In this document: in pieces, positions 1-14,775 of the stretch
How positions within the stretch are numbered: the stretch's first letter is position 1
Layout: each line of letters starts with the position of its first letter
DNA from: the human T2T-CHM13v2.0 reference genome, Homo sapiens
Assembly (NCBI RefSeq): GCF_009914755.1
Contig: NC_060942.1
DNA length: 64,000 nucleotides
Direction: 5' to 3' (one strand)
The notes under the pieces: model-generated
Databases searched by the model: none
Told to the model about the DNA's origin: nothing
The model's input: the letters and a program-made list of their open reading frames with translations, nothing else
Translations under genes and position numbers: made by a program

Positions 1-1096
1 TCAGTTTATCTCTCAGTGATACAGAGACTGAGAGTCAGAGGCAAACACTCATCCCCAGCCCAGCACGATCTCTGGAATATTCAAGGCTCAATAAACATGA
101 GCTGTGGCGCTGTCACCCAGCCCTTGCTCTAAAGTAACCACTCACATTCACTAAGAATGCACTTTAAGAATTAAATGCTACATTTTTCTACATAGTGGAA
201 ATGTGTGACAAGAATTCAATGTTTTTTTCAGGTAGAGCCTAACACATGTGACCCACACCATGTCAAAATGCAAAAGAGTAAAAGAGTAATGTAAAAATGA
301 GAAACTGGGGAGAATCTCAGCACCACCAAAGCAGCATTTAACTGCTTTTTAAGAAAAAGTAGGCCCTTTGTTTCCATTCTATTTTACTAAATACCACTAA
401 AAAAACCTATCTTCCTTTCTTATTATTTACCCTCTATAATTGACCTTCCTACTAGTTAGCGATAGCCATTTGTCTCCATTTGTAAATACTTGAAGAGTAG
501 CAAAAATTTAAATTATTTTTAACAGAAGCTAGGAACAATATAATCATTTATAAGCATACATTCTTTAGTAACTCTGAGCTATCTTCATAATTTACCCAGA
601 AAGAATCTACCTTAAGAAGGAAGTCTCCTCTTGATTTCCTTTCTCAGTCAGCCCAATATAGGGCCTGCTGTTTCTCTTTCATTGCCATAAATTCTCAAAT
701 GGCCACATCATACATGACACTAAGAAGCTTAGCCCGGACAGTTGCAAGAGTGAAAGATGCCTCTGACACAGTGGAGGAGCTGGGATGTGGACTTGGCTGG
801 TGAGGCCGGAGGGACAGAGTGAACACACATTTGCATCAGACATGCTGGATTCCAGGGTCAGGTGTGCCGGCATGTGGCACCGGCAGCCGACAATACTGGG
901 TTCTGAGCAGTTCAGGACTGGAGACTGAGAACTGTGTGTCATTCAGACACATACTTGGAGTATCCAGTGCTGGAAGCCATGAGAAAGGGCATGACTCAGG
1001 GTGTGACACTGGGTCGAGAGCAACAGTCTGACAGACACCCTAATCCAGCACTGGCCACAGACATCGGGCATCAGAGACAAGCCTCCACATAGACGC

Positions 1097-1540
1097 TGCC
1101 ATGAGTCAAATCTTGCCCCGAAAATTCAAGTTCTCCTGGAATCTCAGAATGTGACCTTAATTGGAAATAGGATCTTTGCAGATGTAATCAAGGTAAGGCT
1201 GGAGAGGAGATCATACTGCATTGGAGGGGCCCGAAATCCAACAGGAGCATCCTTAGAAGAGACAGAAAAGGACACACGGATGAAAGATAGCCACGTGAAG
1301 ATGAAGGCGGAGACTGGGGTGATGCTGCCACAAGCCAGGGACACCAAGGGTGCCTGGAACCACAGAAACTGGAAAGAGCCAAGGAAGGATCCCCCGGCCT
1401 GCAGCCTCCAGAGGGAAGCATTCTGCCAACCCCTAGATTTTACACTTCTTGCCTCCAGAACTGTGGGAGAATAAATGTCTACCATGTTAAGCCGCCCAGC
1501 TCCCGATCAAATGTTACAGCAACCACAGTCAACTAACACA
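1097..1540 (+). mobile_element. MaLR LTR, MLT1B/C-like
   Basis: Typical MLT1 motifs: cagaatgtgaccttaattggaaatagg, gcctccagaactgtgggagaataaatgtct and the end aactaacaca. Confidence 0.8.
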
Positions 1541-1974
1541 GGAACCAAAACACGAGTGGCATTGGGCAGTGACAGGAAAGCAGTGGCTTCTGCTTCAGAG
1601 GCACCCAGAATTGAAGAACAAAGGGGGCGTTCCTGGAGACCGTAAGGGGCACGTTCATGGAGCAGAGGAAGCAGAGACATGAGCGATGGTGGGCGGAAGT
1701 CCACACCAGCCGGAAGATCACCTTCTCAACAAGTTAGGCAACCAACAGGAGGAACCAGAAGGGACAGGCCCCAGGAGTGTTTGGGAGAGTCAAGAAAAGG
1801 ATTTTAAGGTAGCAAGACCTTGTTATACTTGAAGGCAGCAAAAAAGTCACACATACTTGCCCTAAGAATTGTAAAACTCATAGAATTGTCAGTTAAGATG
1901 GCTACATCCTTGGAGCAAAGATCAATTTACACTTCTCTACTGTACCATAAATTTTGTTATGTTATTAAACCAAA

Positions 1975-2200
1975 GCCGTCTTCTTACTGTGGCCTTACAT
2001 GGTCAGCCCTCTCTGCATGACTGTTTTCTAGTCTTATTTTAAGGACACCCATCAGATTAGATTAGGGCATATCCTAATGATCTCATTTTTGCTTAATTTC
2101 TTCTTTAAGGCACTATCTGTAAATACAGCCACATTGTAAGGTACTAGAGGGGAGAACTTCAATATTCAACATTTAAATTTCACACAGGAGGCCCAATTCG
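1975..2200 (-). mobile_element. MaLR LTR fragment, MLT1A-like
   Basis: aaggacacccatcagattagattagggcatatcctaatgatctcatttt...aaatacagccacattgtaaggtactaga resembles the reverse complement of the MLT1 5' half. Confidence 0.6.
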
Positions 2201-2212
2201 GCTCACCAAGTA

Positions 2213-2380
2213 GGAAAATGTCCTCGTTTGTAGAAAGTACACACTAAAGGATGTGGAAGTAACGTGGCATCATATCAGCAGTTTATTTCCAGGTGATGTG
2301 GGAAAAAAGGGTTTTTATACTGCACTTGCAATTTTCCTGTAAGTTGGAAATTGTTTTTAAAAATTGTTTTTTTAAAAAAA
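2213..2380 (+). mobile_element. Old L1 (L1MC/L1ME) 3' UTR fragment
   Basis: Ends ...tgcaattttcctgtaagttggaaattgtttttaaaa, typical of old L1M 3' termini. Confidence 0.45.
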
Positions 2381-3869
2381 GCAATCCGTGTGGGGCATTT
2401 AAAATCTGTGTTACTGGGTAGGTGAGTCAACCACATTTAATTAAAGGCTGTGGCAGCCCTGTGAAATCTCAGCTCTGAATGTATTCCAGCTCTTTCTCTC
2501 GATCTTTGTCCACCGCAAGCGTTCCACTCAGCACGGCATTCCTCCCGCGATCCATTCTCAAATGTTGGCATGAATTCTTAATATTCTGAAAGAAAATGAT
2601 CCTGGAAAGTATAAAATATTTACACCCTGCTGTCTGTTCTGCCTCGCTTGAGGAAAATTCTCATCTGTACACAAATGTTCTTCAGCTTTTGAGACCAGAT
2701 GGCAGAGAGTCATAAAAAGACTGAAAAATTAGAAGGCGGGAAGTGGAGCGCGATGCCCAACAGAGAGCGGTCGTTCCCTGCGGGCTCAGCGTCTTTACGC
2801 TCTTCAGATGAAGGGTTTGCACCTACGAGGCAGTCTCGGTCTATCAGGCTCTGTCCATTCCTCTTCTTAATTTCATATAAATCTCCTTTCTGCCCCCTGC
2901 ACATGACCCACGCCCAGGGAAAATGCCTCATTGCAAACGCTATCATCCGTTGGGGCCACTGAACAGGGGTGGGATGGCTGTCGCAGCACTGATCCCCCTG
3001 CAGGGAGGCTGACCTCATGAGGTCTGCGAGCCTCCATCACCGTCTTCTTCGCGGGCTCTGGGCTAGGAACTGCCCGCAGCCTCACTTGAAGGCCTTCTGT
3101 CTCTCACTTTCTCGGTCCATCTGACCTAATCTTGCCACTGTGATCATCACAGGCAAAGGTGTCAGGAGACCCCGCCAGCACACAGCAGCTGCGCTTGGGG
3201 CCTCCTAGGTTCACCTGGGGCAGCGGTCCCTAGCACGCGGGCCAGGTGATGCCCTTCAATCCCGAGCCAGACGCCCTCCTGCTCTTCAATATCACCTGTC
3301 AGTCGCCAAGGCCCTCCATGTGAGCTCCTCCAGAAGCGGACGCTCAGGGCTATTCGGGAGGTGATCCCAGCAAACGCCAGGAAGGGCTGGGAAGCGAGAC
3401 AGGAAAGGAGAGGAAGGCAACCCAGGGTGGGAAAGCAGGGGCGGCCTCCTGGGCTGCTGAGCCTCAGCTCGGGGCCACGGGAAGACACCCTGGCACCTGC
3501 TTCCGAGCCGTCCTCCCCGGGGCCGGGCTGGGCTCTCCAGAGGGCAGCCTCGCAGGGGCTCCGCGGGACCCTCCAGCCCTGGGGCCTGGGTCAGCGGCTG
3601 CTCTACGCGAGGGTTGGAGCTGCTCTACTGAGGGGGCTTTCTCCCAGGAAAGATTTGCTCCTAAGCTTAGTTCGGCTGCACTCACGCCTCAACCTGTGCC
3701 TGACTCACCTCTCATTACAATTCATATGATAACTTAGAAAGGTTTTCTCCCAGGAGGCGGTCTGCACAGGTGACTTTCTGCTTAAGACAATCAGCTGGTC
3801 CATCAACCAGGCGGCTCAACTGGCGCCTCTGTGCTGCGTCCTCCTGAGTGCCCAGGCTCGTGAGGCTGT

Positions 3870-4280
3870 GCCTCCCCCTGCACCAGCTCCCTCCAACTCT
3901 CCCCCTCCTCTCCCCTGCCTCTCCCTGCATCTTCCCCACATGTCCTCCACCACTCCTCTCCCTCTCCCCATCCTCTCCCCTCCTCTCCCCCACCTCTCCC
4001 CTACTCTCCCCGACCTGTCCCCTCCTCTCCCCCACCTCTCTCCTCTTCTTCCCTACCTCTCCCCTCCTCTCCCCAACCTGTCCCTCACCTCTTCCCTTCT
4101 CTCTCCACCTCTCCCTTCCTCTCCCTGACCTCTCCCCTCCTCTCCCTCTTCCCGCTCCTCTCCACTCCTCCTCCCACCTCCCCCCACTTCTCCTCTCCTG
4201 TCCCGGACCTGCCCCCACCTCTTCCCTTCTCTCCCCACCTCTTCCCCACCTGTCCCCTCTTCTCCACTCCACCTGCCCAG
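3870..4280. repeat. Polypyrimidine (CT-rich) low-complexity tract
   Basis: About 400 bp of degenerate cctctccc(c) units, almost all C/T on the + strand. Confidence 0.9.
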
Positions 4281-6092
4281 CAGCACTTCCTGTTCTACAC
4301 ACAGATCCTCCTTTCACTGGGCAATTCAATCCCTTCTACTCCCTGGTCTCATGTTACACAGAGGAAACAAGAGCATATCTGTGCTTCATAATAGACATGA
4401 ACTTAAAAGAATAAACCCCACACATGTGTGTACTAACATTCCTCTACTTATTAACACCAATAAAAATTAGGCATGCCCTAATACATTCACATTCCTTTTT
4501 GGCACATTTGAGATTAGCTTTTCTTTCCAGAGCATCCTTACAAATCCACAGGTCTGCAAATACTGACCTTACCTGAACTAAGGTTGTCATTTTCTTTTTA
4601 AGCTCGTTACTGCAATGAGACCATCAGAAGTTTCTTTATGCCAGTTCCTTTGTCGTGATATCATTGAGAGGCCCGATATATGGGATGCATTCCCTCCAAG
4701 AGCACTGTCTGGAGGGGTGGAGAATGGTGCTGGAGAGAATCATGACTCAGGCAGTGGGAGCACACAGGACCCGGAGAGGCAGTGCCATCCATTCTCCTTA
4801 GGCCACATTTCCCAAGGAAATCGGGAAAAACATTTTTTTTAAAGCTCATAATGTCACATTATGTTAATTAAAGTTAATTAAAATGGAAATGAAGTAATTT
4901 AATTTAAACAATTTAATTAAAATGTTTGAAATTTCTATTTTATTTCCACTACAACCTATCTGCTTTAATTTTTAAACCTGTCTTCAAACTGTAATTATGC
5001 CTCTTTCTCTTTAATAAGTTCCACCTTACTCATTAACCATCTTTCTGTCACAGTTTATTGAGAGTTCCATTTAAGAAGCCCATAGTGTATGTATTTGGGA
5101 AATTCAGATCTTCAAACAAAGTACACGAGCTTAGAATGTGATCTAGAAGGCACAAGCCAGTGGGTGGGGAGGTTTTGGGGGGCTAGGACCTTTCCATTTC
5201 CCTACATTATTACTGTGCCCACCACCACTTAAAGAAAGGTTCCAGGCTCACCCCTAAAGCTGCCATCTGACTTAATAAGGTCAGTCTACAAGGTATTGTT
5301 TGTCTTAACAGTAATTTAGCAAGGTCCTTTTCTTTGGTTTCCAGAAAGCCAATGTAGTAGGTTTCACTGCTCATGTTTTTTAATGAAGGGAAACGGCTTT
5401 AAGTTTTTGTAAGTCTTTGGTAACGATGGGCTAAATTTCCCCAGCAGTATTTCGGAAGACCTTCTTAACTTGCCTCATTACTCTTTAGCACATACCTATG
5501 AGCCTTGATTCTTAGAAGAATAAGAAGAAAACGCTCTTCTGGGGTGTTACAGCTGGCAGACTTGAAAAGGGCAATTTACTTTCCTTTGTTTACCTCTTTT
5601 ATTCACTGTTCTTCTCTAAAGAAATACAAATGTGCCAATTAGGGAGAAAATACAAATGTGCCAGTTAGGGAGAAAAGATTTGCAACACAGGTGGATTCCT
5701 CTATTCACCAAAGATTCATCTCAGTTTCTTTCCAAAAGCAAGACCCTTAACTACATTTAATTATAATTTATATAGTCTAGAACAATATTCACAATCATAC
5801 AGAGGCATTAATCATACAGAGGTATTAATTTGTAAAGTTCCAATAACACAAAAGGTGGAAAATGCAGGTTTGACTGGTATCCCAGGTGGTACAGTGAGCA
5901 GCTGCCATCTCACCTTTGCCAAATGCATTGGAAAACTCTCCAAGGGCCTCAAAGGGGGGCTGTAGCTTACGGTCCCTTTCAGGCCCATGAGAACCTGGGT
6001 GGGGTGGGAAAGGTGAAAAATGCATGCCTTCCTGTGTGGGACAGTAAATGTAGGTAATCTGGAATGTGTGAGGTTTGGCCTCGGGCACCTAG

Positions 6093-6742
6093 TGAAGCAG
6101 CGTCATTGTCTGGGGTAAATACCAGAAGTTCATTGTCTCACACCAAGGGAATCAAGGATGTGGACACACAAAAAGTGAGTTTAAAGAGCAGAGGTTTAAT
6201 AGGTGAAAGAAAGAAAAGAGAAGAGCTCTGTCTCTTGCAGAGAGAGAGGGGCTCCTAAGTGGGACTTCTGGTCTGCAGCAAAGTGCACGGGGGTTTTATA
6301 GGCTGATAGACTGTCTTGAAGAGGCGGTGTCTGATTTACAAAGGGCCCAAAAATTGGTTGGACCAGGTGTGCTATTTATGTAGTGTGCAAAGAAGCTGGC
6401 CACCCCACCTTAATTTTTATTATGCAGATGTGTTCTCTATCTGGCTGGCACCATGTTGTCTGTTCCTTATTGTACACGTGGTTGACAAAGAAAAGGGAAG
6501 ATAGAGCCTTCGTGTTGAATATACCTGCCCCCCAGGTAGACTTTTCCTATTGGCATAGCTGCCGGCATTCACCTGGGCAGGATTCCAGCTTGCTTATCTA
6601 TGTCTGCAGCTCGATTTTAGATGCTGCTCTTTGGTAGAAAAGAAATGATTTGGGGGCTGCTTTTCATTAAAAAGAAAACCTTACCAAGGACACGTCTACA
6701 CTCACTACCTGCCTAAATCATTTCTTTTTAACTCCTATATCA
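6093..6742 (-). mobile_element. ERV1 solo LTR, LTR9-like
   Basis: Reverse complement begins TGATATAGGAGTTAAAAAGAAATGATTTAGGCAG and ends GACGCTGCTTCA; perfect 4-bp TSD CTAG at 6089-6092 and 6743-6746. Confidence 0.85.
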
Positions 6743-7350
6743 CTAGGGCTGCTTTGAAATACTGGAAGGATCATGAGCTCATCCTGGGACTGAGAGGGAA
6801 ACTGAAATGGCAGGAAATACGAAAAAGTTTGGAAACTTTGAGTGAGGCTTGGGCAAGACTGTGTTTCCACAGCAGATTGATGTCTGGGTTCTGATTAAAT
6901 ACTTCTAAAATCCCCTAAGATTCTTCCAGGCAGCCAAATGGTGATTCCACTGATTCTACCATTCTACTAGAATGGTGATTGTAACTGATTCTACAGCAAT
7001 AACCAACATATGTTGAACATTTAATACGGGTCAGCTGTTATGCTGACTTGCTTTTTATGCATCATCTCACAATATTTTTTAAAACAGGTGATGTCAGCAC
7101 CATTATCACTTTACTTTACAGATGGAAAAATCAAGGCACCCAGTAGGAAAGCAGCCCATGCAAGGTCCTGGAGCAGTGATTTTAGAACACAGCCCAGGCT
7201 GTGGCTGTACCATGGGGGCCAGAACCCATCCTCGTCACTTTCACAATGGATACAAATGTTACCAAAGCCAAGGTGCTGACCATGCTGTTGAGATCTGCTG
7301 CATCTCTGCTGGACTTTTGTCCAGTTACTCCATCAATGTTTGAGAGAGGA

Positions 7351-7502
7351 ATTTTATATATATATATATTTTTTTTATTATACTTTAAGTTCTAGGGTAC
7401 ATGGGCACAACGTGCAGGTTTGTTACATATGTATACGTGTGCCATGTTGGTGTGCTGCACTCATTAACTCGTCATTTACATTAGGTATATCTCCTAATGC
7501 TA
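7351..7502 (-). mobile_element. L1PA 3' end, heavily 5'-truncated
   Basis: ttttttattatactttaagttctagggtacatg...ttaggtatatctcctaatgcta is the canonical antisense L1PA 3' terminus. Confidence 0.9.
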
Positions 7503-7707
7503 AAACCTCAAATCATGACGGTGGTAGTGTCTACCTCTTTCTTTAATTCTGTCATTTTTGCCTCATGGATTTTGAAGCTCTGTTATGGAGCACTTATACA
7601 TTTATGATTGCTATGTCTTCCTGCTGAACTGATCCTTTCCTCATGAAGTGTCCTTATTTGTCTCTCATGATCAATTTTGTTTTGAAATGGACTTTATCTT
7701 ACATTAA

Positions 7708-8105
7708 TGAAAGATTCTCCCTGAAAGCTTGAAGGGATGAGTGATTCCTCCCTTCTCAGGCCCAGTCCCAAGGTGCAAGGCCCACTTGCGTCAGCAGCGT
7801 GTGTCAGCAAGATAGAAGCAGGAAGAGAGCCAGCAGGAAGACACCTCCCCTGGCCAGGAGACACCTCCCCTGAAGATCGAGAAAGAGGCTGTCCAGATAC
7901 TATGTAGCAGTCATGTCAGACTGGGACACTTGCTGTTTACAGAGGACTATAAACCCCCCTGTCCCATCCTCAGTTGGGGCTGACACCATTTTGGGCCTTA
8001 GCCCACCTGCACTCAGGTGCTCATTAAAACAGCATGTTGCTCCACACTCCCTCGTGTTGTCTGTTGGCGCGCTCTCAGGGTTCAAACCGATACAAGAACC
8101 TTTCA
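7708..8105 (+). mobile_element. ERV1 solo LTR, MER48-like
   Basis: TG...CA ends (TGAAAGATTCTCC...GATACAAGAACCTTTCA), TATA-like ctataaa, attaaa polyA-like signal; near-TSD ATTAA/GTTAA. Confidence 0.75.
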
Positions 8106-8397
8106 GTTAATACATCACTCCAGCCTTCCTATTTGCCTCCTCTGTTTTTAATTCCTGTGTTTCCCCTTTCCTGCCTCTTTTGGCTTATTTTGATTGTTTT
8201 AGAGAATTTACTCAAGGCTGTTAACGGTGAGTCATGAAACAGATGCACTGATTCTCTACAGGTGGGAGCTGCAATTGGCACAAGCTCCAAGGTGGAGAAT
8301 CTCATTATATATTAAGGGTGTCAAAACTTTTAACAACATGCTTGTCCTTTATCCCAGCTGTGCCACCTCTGCACATTTATGTTTTTACAAGAAATCA

Positions 8398-8574
8398 GGC
8401 CAGGTGAGGTGGCTCATATCTGTAACCCCAACACTTTGGGAGGCCAAGGCGGGAGGATCCCTTGAGCCCAGGAGTTAGAGGCTACAGTGAGCCATGATCT
8501 CACCATTGCACTCCAACCAGGGTGACAGAGTGAGACCTCATTTCTTAAGTAAATAAGTCAATAGATAAATAAAT
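8398..8574 (+). mobile_element. Alu monomer (FRAM-like)
   Basis: Single Alu monomer with right-arm features and an A-rich tail. Confidence 0.8.
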
Positions 8575-8954
8575 CATTGGTGGCCCTCCCCACCCAGGCC
8601 CCAGACTTACTTTACTTCTGCCAGAGTTGACAACAGTGTTCTTCCCACATCCTCACCTCCCGGCCTCCCTTCCTCTCTCCTCCTTGCCACTTTGTCTCTT
8701 TCCCGCTGTTCCTCATCTTACTGTCTTATTGATGTAAAATTCACATTATACATTTTAAATTAATCTTAACCCTAAGAATTCCACACATTTTTTAAAAAGT
8801 TTTAGAATAAGTGATACATTCTTTGTCTTCAAACTATTTCATTATGAAATCTTAAGGCATACAAAAATAAAATCATAAACACCCATGTGCCCATCATCTA
8901 GCTTAAATAAAATTATTCCTGAGTCCCTGCTCTTCTTGACCCACTCTATTTAGG

Positions 8955-9262
8955 TGTTTGTTTTTGTTTGTTTGTTTTTGACAGGGTCTCACTCTGTCAC
9001 TCAGGCTGGAGTATGGTGGCTCAATCACAGCTTGCTGCAGCCTCGACCTCCTGGCTCAAACAATCCTCCTGTCTCCATCTCCCAAGTAGCTGGGACTACT
9101 GATGCACCACCAAACTTGGCTAATTTTTTTTAAAAAACTTTTTGTAGAGATGGGGTCTCACTCTGTTGCCTAGGCTGATTTTCAACTACTGGCCTTAAGC
9201 TATCCTCCTGCCTTGGCCTCCCAAATTGCTGGAATTACACGCATGAGCCACTGTGCCCGGCC
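8955..9262 (-). mobile_element. AluJ
   Basis: Diverged dimeric Alu with AluJ-type positions (acagggtctc, ggctcaaacaatcctcc). Confidence 0.9.
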
Positions 9263-9269
9263 CCATTCA

Positions 9270-10605
9270 GTTTTCTTTCCTTACCATTCCTGTCCCCATA
9301 CTGCTCTTTTTAAGGTCACCAGCACCCTCTGTGTAGTGAAATCCAGTTATCACGTATCTGCCAATGTTATACTTGATCTACTAGTGGTGACAGAGGCTGG
9401 TGACAACTTCTTGAGATGCCATCTGCTCTTGGCCTCCAGGGTGCTACTCTCACGGCCCTCTTCTACCTCTCTGCTGTTCTTCATCACTCTGGCCGCTATA
9501 TTCTCTTCTCTCTGAACTTTAAAGGCTGGAAAACCTCATGCCTTGGCCCAAAGCCCTTTCTCTTCTTTGTCTACACTGTCTCCTTAGTTGATCTGTTTTG
9601 GTCCCATGTCTTTTAATAACATCAATATATGATTTACCTTCAGCACTGAGACTGTCTTTAGCAGCAGATTATATGACATCTCTGCTTGGATATCTAATGG
9701 GCATCTTCAATTTTTGTACATGTAAAGCAAAACATTGAATTTCTCTCACTCAGAAAATTCCCTCCTCCAGCCTTCCCCACCTTGCTAAGTGGTACCACCA
9801 TCCTCCCTGTTTCCACTTCAGATCTAACATTTCCACAAGTTTTACCAGCTATACCTTCCAAATATCTTCCCTTCTCATTATCTCTGTTACAGGAAAGGGG
9901 TCCCAATCCAGACCCCAAGAGAGGGTTCTTGGATCTCGCTCAAGAAATAATTCAGGGCGAGTCCGTAGTGAAAAGTGAAAGCAAGTTTATTAAGAAAGTA
10001 AAGGAGTGAAAGAATGGCTACTCCATAGAGCAGCCCCGAGGGCTGCTGGTTGCCCATTTTTATAGTTATTTCCTGATGATATGCTAAACAAGGGGTGGAT
10101 TATTCATGCCTCCCCCTTTTAGACCATATAGGGTAACTTCCTGATGTTGCCATGGCATTTGTAAACTGTCACGGTGCTGGTGAGAGTGTAGCAGTGAGGT
10201 CAACCGGAGGTCACTCTTGTTGCCATTTTGGTTTTGGTGGATTTTAGCCAGCTTCTTTACTGCAAGTTGTTTTATCAGCAAGGTCTTTATGACTTGTATT
10301 TTGTGCTGACCAGGATCCTGTCTCATCCTGTGACTTAGAATGCCCTAACCATCTGGGAATGCAGCCCAATAGGTTTCAGCCTCATTTTACCCAGCTCCTA
10401 TTCAAGATGGAGTTGCTCTGGTTCACATGCCTCTGACATCTCCACTGTGACCTCTCTGGGCCAAACCACCAACACCCTTTGCCTGCAGCAAGAGGGCACC
10501 TCTGGTCCTGCCTGCCTGGTCTTGCCTCTCTATCTGTTCTCCACACGGCATTGGAAGGGATGCTTTTAAAGTGTAAATTAGACCATCATTCCCCGATTTA
10601 AAACC
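9270..10605 (+). mobile_element. L2 fragment interrupted by the MER41A LTR
   Basis: ctgctctttttaaggtcacc...aaatccag and atctctgcttggatatctaatgggcatcttcaa are L2 ORF2/3' motifs; the sequence resumes after 10438. Confidence 0.65.
9885..10438 (-). mobile_element. ERV1 solo LTR, MER41A
   Basis: Reverse complement runs TGTCAGAGGCATGTGAACCAGAGCAACTCCATCTTG ... GGGACCCCTTTCCTGTAACA; perfect TSD TCTC at 9881-9884 and 10439-10442. Confidence 0.9.
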
Positions 10606-11529
10606 ATGAAATCAGACAGAAGCTACTGAAGAAATCACAATCCGCCTGCCCCTCTGCTGCACCTCCGGCAAAGATTTAAAATTCTTGGACAGACTCCCCT
10701 GGGTAATGACTCAGAGGAACAGTGAAGCATCCTAATTACCAGCCCAGCTACTTGTCCAAGAGCCTCCTTTGCAAATTCACAGTTTGCCTCCTTATCTTCT
10801 GTGAGGAGTCCCTAATTGGTTCTTGTTAGGTAAAAATTAAGTTGCAATTCTGGTTTGTGATGCAGCCTCTGGCAAGTCAAGCATTTTGTTTCATGTTCTA
10901 CTGAATTCTCTGCAATATGTTATTTTCTACGATTCAACCTACTTCTGAGTATGCAACAAAACAGTATTTCCTACAAAGCAAGAGTTACCTTTAAGGGTTA
11001 CTCTCAGGTTCTAACAGTCATTATTTGTTGAGCTTAAGGAGTTGAAAAATTTTAGTATGGTTAGAATTGAATCTATAAACTTTAAGCATTTTCCAGTGGT
11101 TCCCAAAATATAAACAACTTGCTTATTTTCCTTTTGAGTATGTTATTACCCTGCTCAGAAATATGCTGTGGTATCAAATTTCCTCTCAAAGTCAATTTGC
11201 AACACTTAAACTCATACTTCTAACATTCTCTAATGCCTTCTCCCCTACATAATTGTGTATTTCCCATAACACTCTGTCTCGGAGACAGCTACGATCCAGC
11301 CAGCACATTCATGCGCCATCTCTCACCGTGCAGTAGACTGCTGCCTTCTCCACCCCAGAATACCAGGCCTCCAGCCAGACTGATCACCCTCTTTGTATTT
11401 TAAACATAAAACTCATTCCAACTTTCAAATCTATGTTTCAAAAAGTGCCTTCCCTGGATGATCTCTCCTCTCAGGACTCTTCTGATTGCTCCAGCAACCA
11501 TTTTAGCAGGTATACCTGCAAAAATGCTT

Positions 11530-11600
11530 TGTCTCTGTGTCTCTGTCTGTGTCTCTGTCACACACACACGCACACACACGCACACATGCACACACACACA
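11530..11600. repeat. (TC/TG) plus imperfect (CA)n microsatellite
   Basis: Directly visible. Confidence 0.85.
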
Positions 11601-11839
11601 TCTCTAATATCTAAGACAAACACACATGTTCTACTCCAAAGAGTGAATTGTAAGTCAACCAAAACTGGGGTCATGGTGGGGGTGGATATAATGCTTCTAT
11701 TTCCAAGATCATAGAATTATTGATGTGGAAATAATTACGAAGTCATCATTCTATGCTGTTTAACTCATCATGATAACAGAAGAAGGAGCAACATAAATAC
11801 CAACCAGAGCTTTTCCAATAATTTAGACTCTCAATCTGC

Positions 11840-12385
<546 letters not shown>

Positions 12386-12809
12386 TAAGAGGCTAAACAC
12401 CAACATCCTCAAAAAATGGTGAAAATAACTAATAATAAAAGCCATAAGGAAGTAAAGCTCTTTCTAGCGATGCCATAGACTAAAATTTCCTTCCTTCATT
12501 CCACAAACTTTGAGTTCCTACTTCGCACCAGGCTTTGGGTTAAGCCCAGGGGATAGAAAGACGAGAAAGAGTCAGTCTCTATGATGGAGGAAACGGCACA
12601 TTACAGTGGGGGCAACATTTGAGCACCTGGCAGTTAACACCGAGTGTGAAACATTCCCCAGGGCGGGCAGGGGAGTAAACACAGACAGGGTGCCGACAGC
12701 CAAGCTGCATGTCCAAGGGGCCAGAGCAATGTGGGTGGCAGGAAGGGGACATTTCAGGTGGGAGGTGCGGCCTGTCCAAAGGCCGATGGAAGGGAGCTGG
12801 AGCCAGGCA

Positions 12810-14060
<1,251 letters not shown>

Positions 14061-14621
14061 ATAAAATGTCAGAAAAAGGGAACAGACTTAAAGCTCCTAC
14101 GTTTCCGTGGAATGTCGCAGTCACCACACCAGGGACACACAGTGTTGAGTTTACTACCATCTACCTCCTTGTCAGCTGCAATTTCACAAGTTGCATGAAA
14201 TACTGGAAAAGGTGCTATTATCATAGACTTCAAAGCATACAGACTACTATTATTTTGACTTTTAACAGGCACATAAAATAAATCGAAGGCTTTATTTTCT
14301 TTAGCTTTTTACAAGAAAAAACCATTAACACATGGGGATAGCAAAAGCAAAGCAACAGCTGTTCATTCAATGCATATTCTATATTCACATCAGGCATAGT
14401 ATTCTATGCCAAATTAGTATGTAATAAATATGAAAAAAGCAGAGGGTAGTATTTTAAAAGCTGTTTTTCAGCAACATCAAATCTCCTACTGCCTTGGCCG
14501 GCATGTAAAGAATATAGGAGAATCTAGGACAAGGATTCTCCAACTGAGCACAGCAAACAGCATTAGTGCGCAGAGGTTACTCCAAGAGGCACAGAGACAA
14601 GGAAGGTCACACTCACTACTG

Positions 14622-14775
14622 TCCCCTCCACCAACCCCCCTCCATCACCCCCCTCCATCATCCCCCCTCCACCACCCCTCTTCCATCACCCCCACTCTGC
14701 CACCCCCCCCACCACCCCCACCCTCCCTCCATCACCCCCACTCATCCATCCCCCTCCACCATCCCCCCCTCCACG
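14622..14775. repeat. C-rich low-complexity repeat (degenerate ccctccatcacc)
   Basis: Directly visible. Confidence 0.85.

Larger units (their letters stand above)
7260..8160 (-). mobile_element. Old L1 (L1M) internal fragment, interrupted by an L1PA 3' end and a solo LTR
   Basis: ttttgaagctctgttat...tttatgattgctatgtcttcctg...gatccttt and taatacatcactccagcctt resemble the antisense L1 ORF2 5' region; the sequence resumes across both insertions. Confidence 0.6.

Noticed and set aside
3715-4414. ORFs of 204 and 188 aa
   Set aside because: Translations of the low-complexity CT tract.
9885-10438. Interferon-inducible MER41 enhancer with tandem STAT1/GAS sites
   Set aside because: This copy reads GGTCTAAAAAGGGGGAGGCATGAATAATCC on the minus strand, the MER41A-type configuration that lacks the GAS-containing segment of MER41B.
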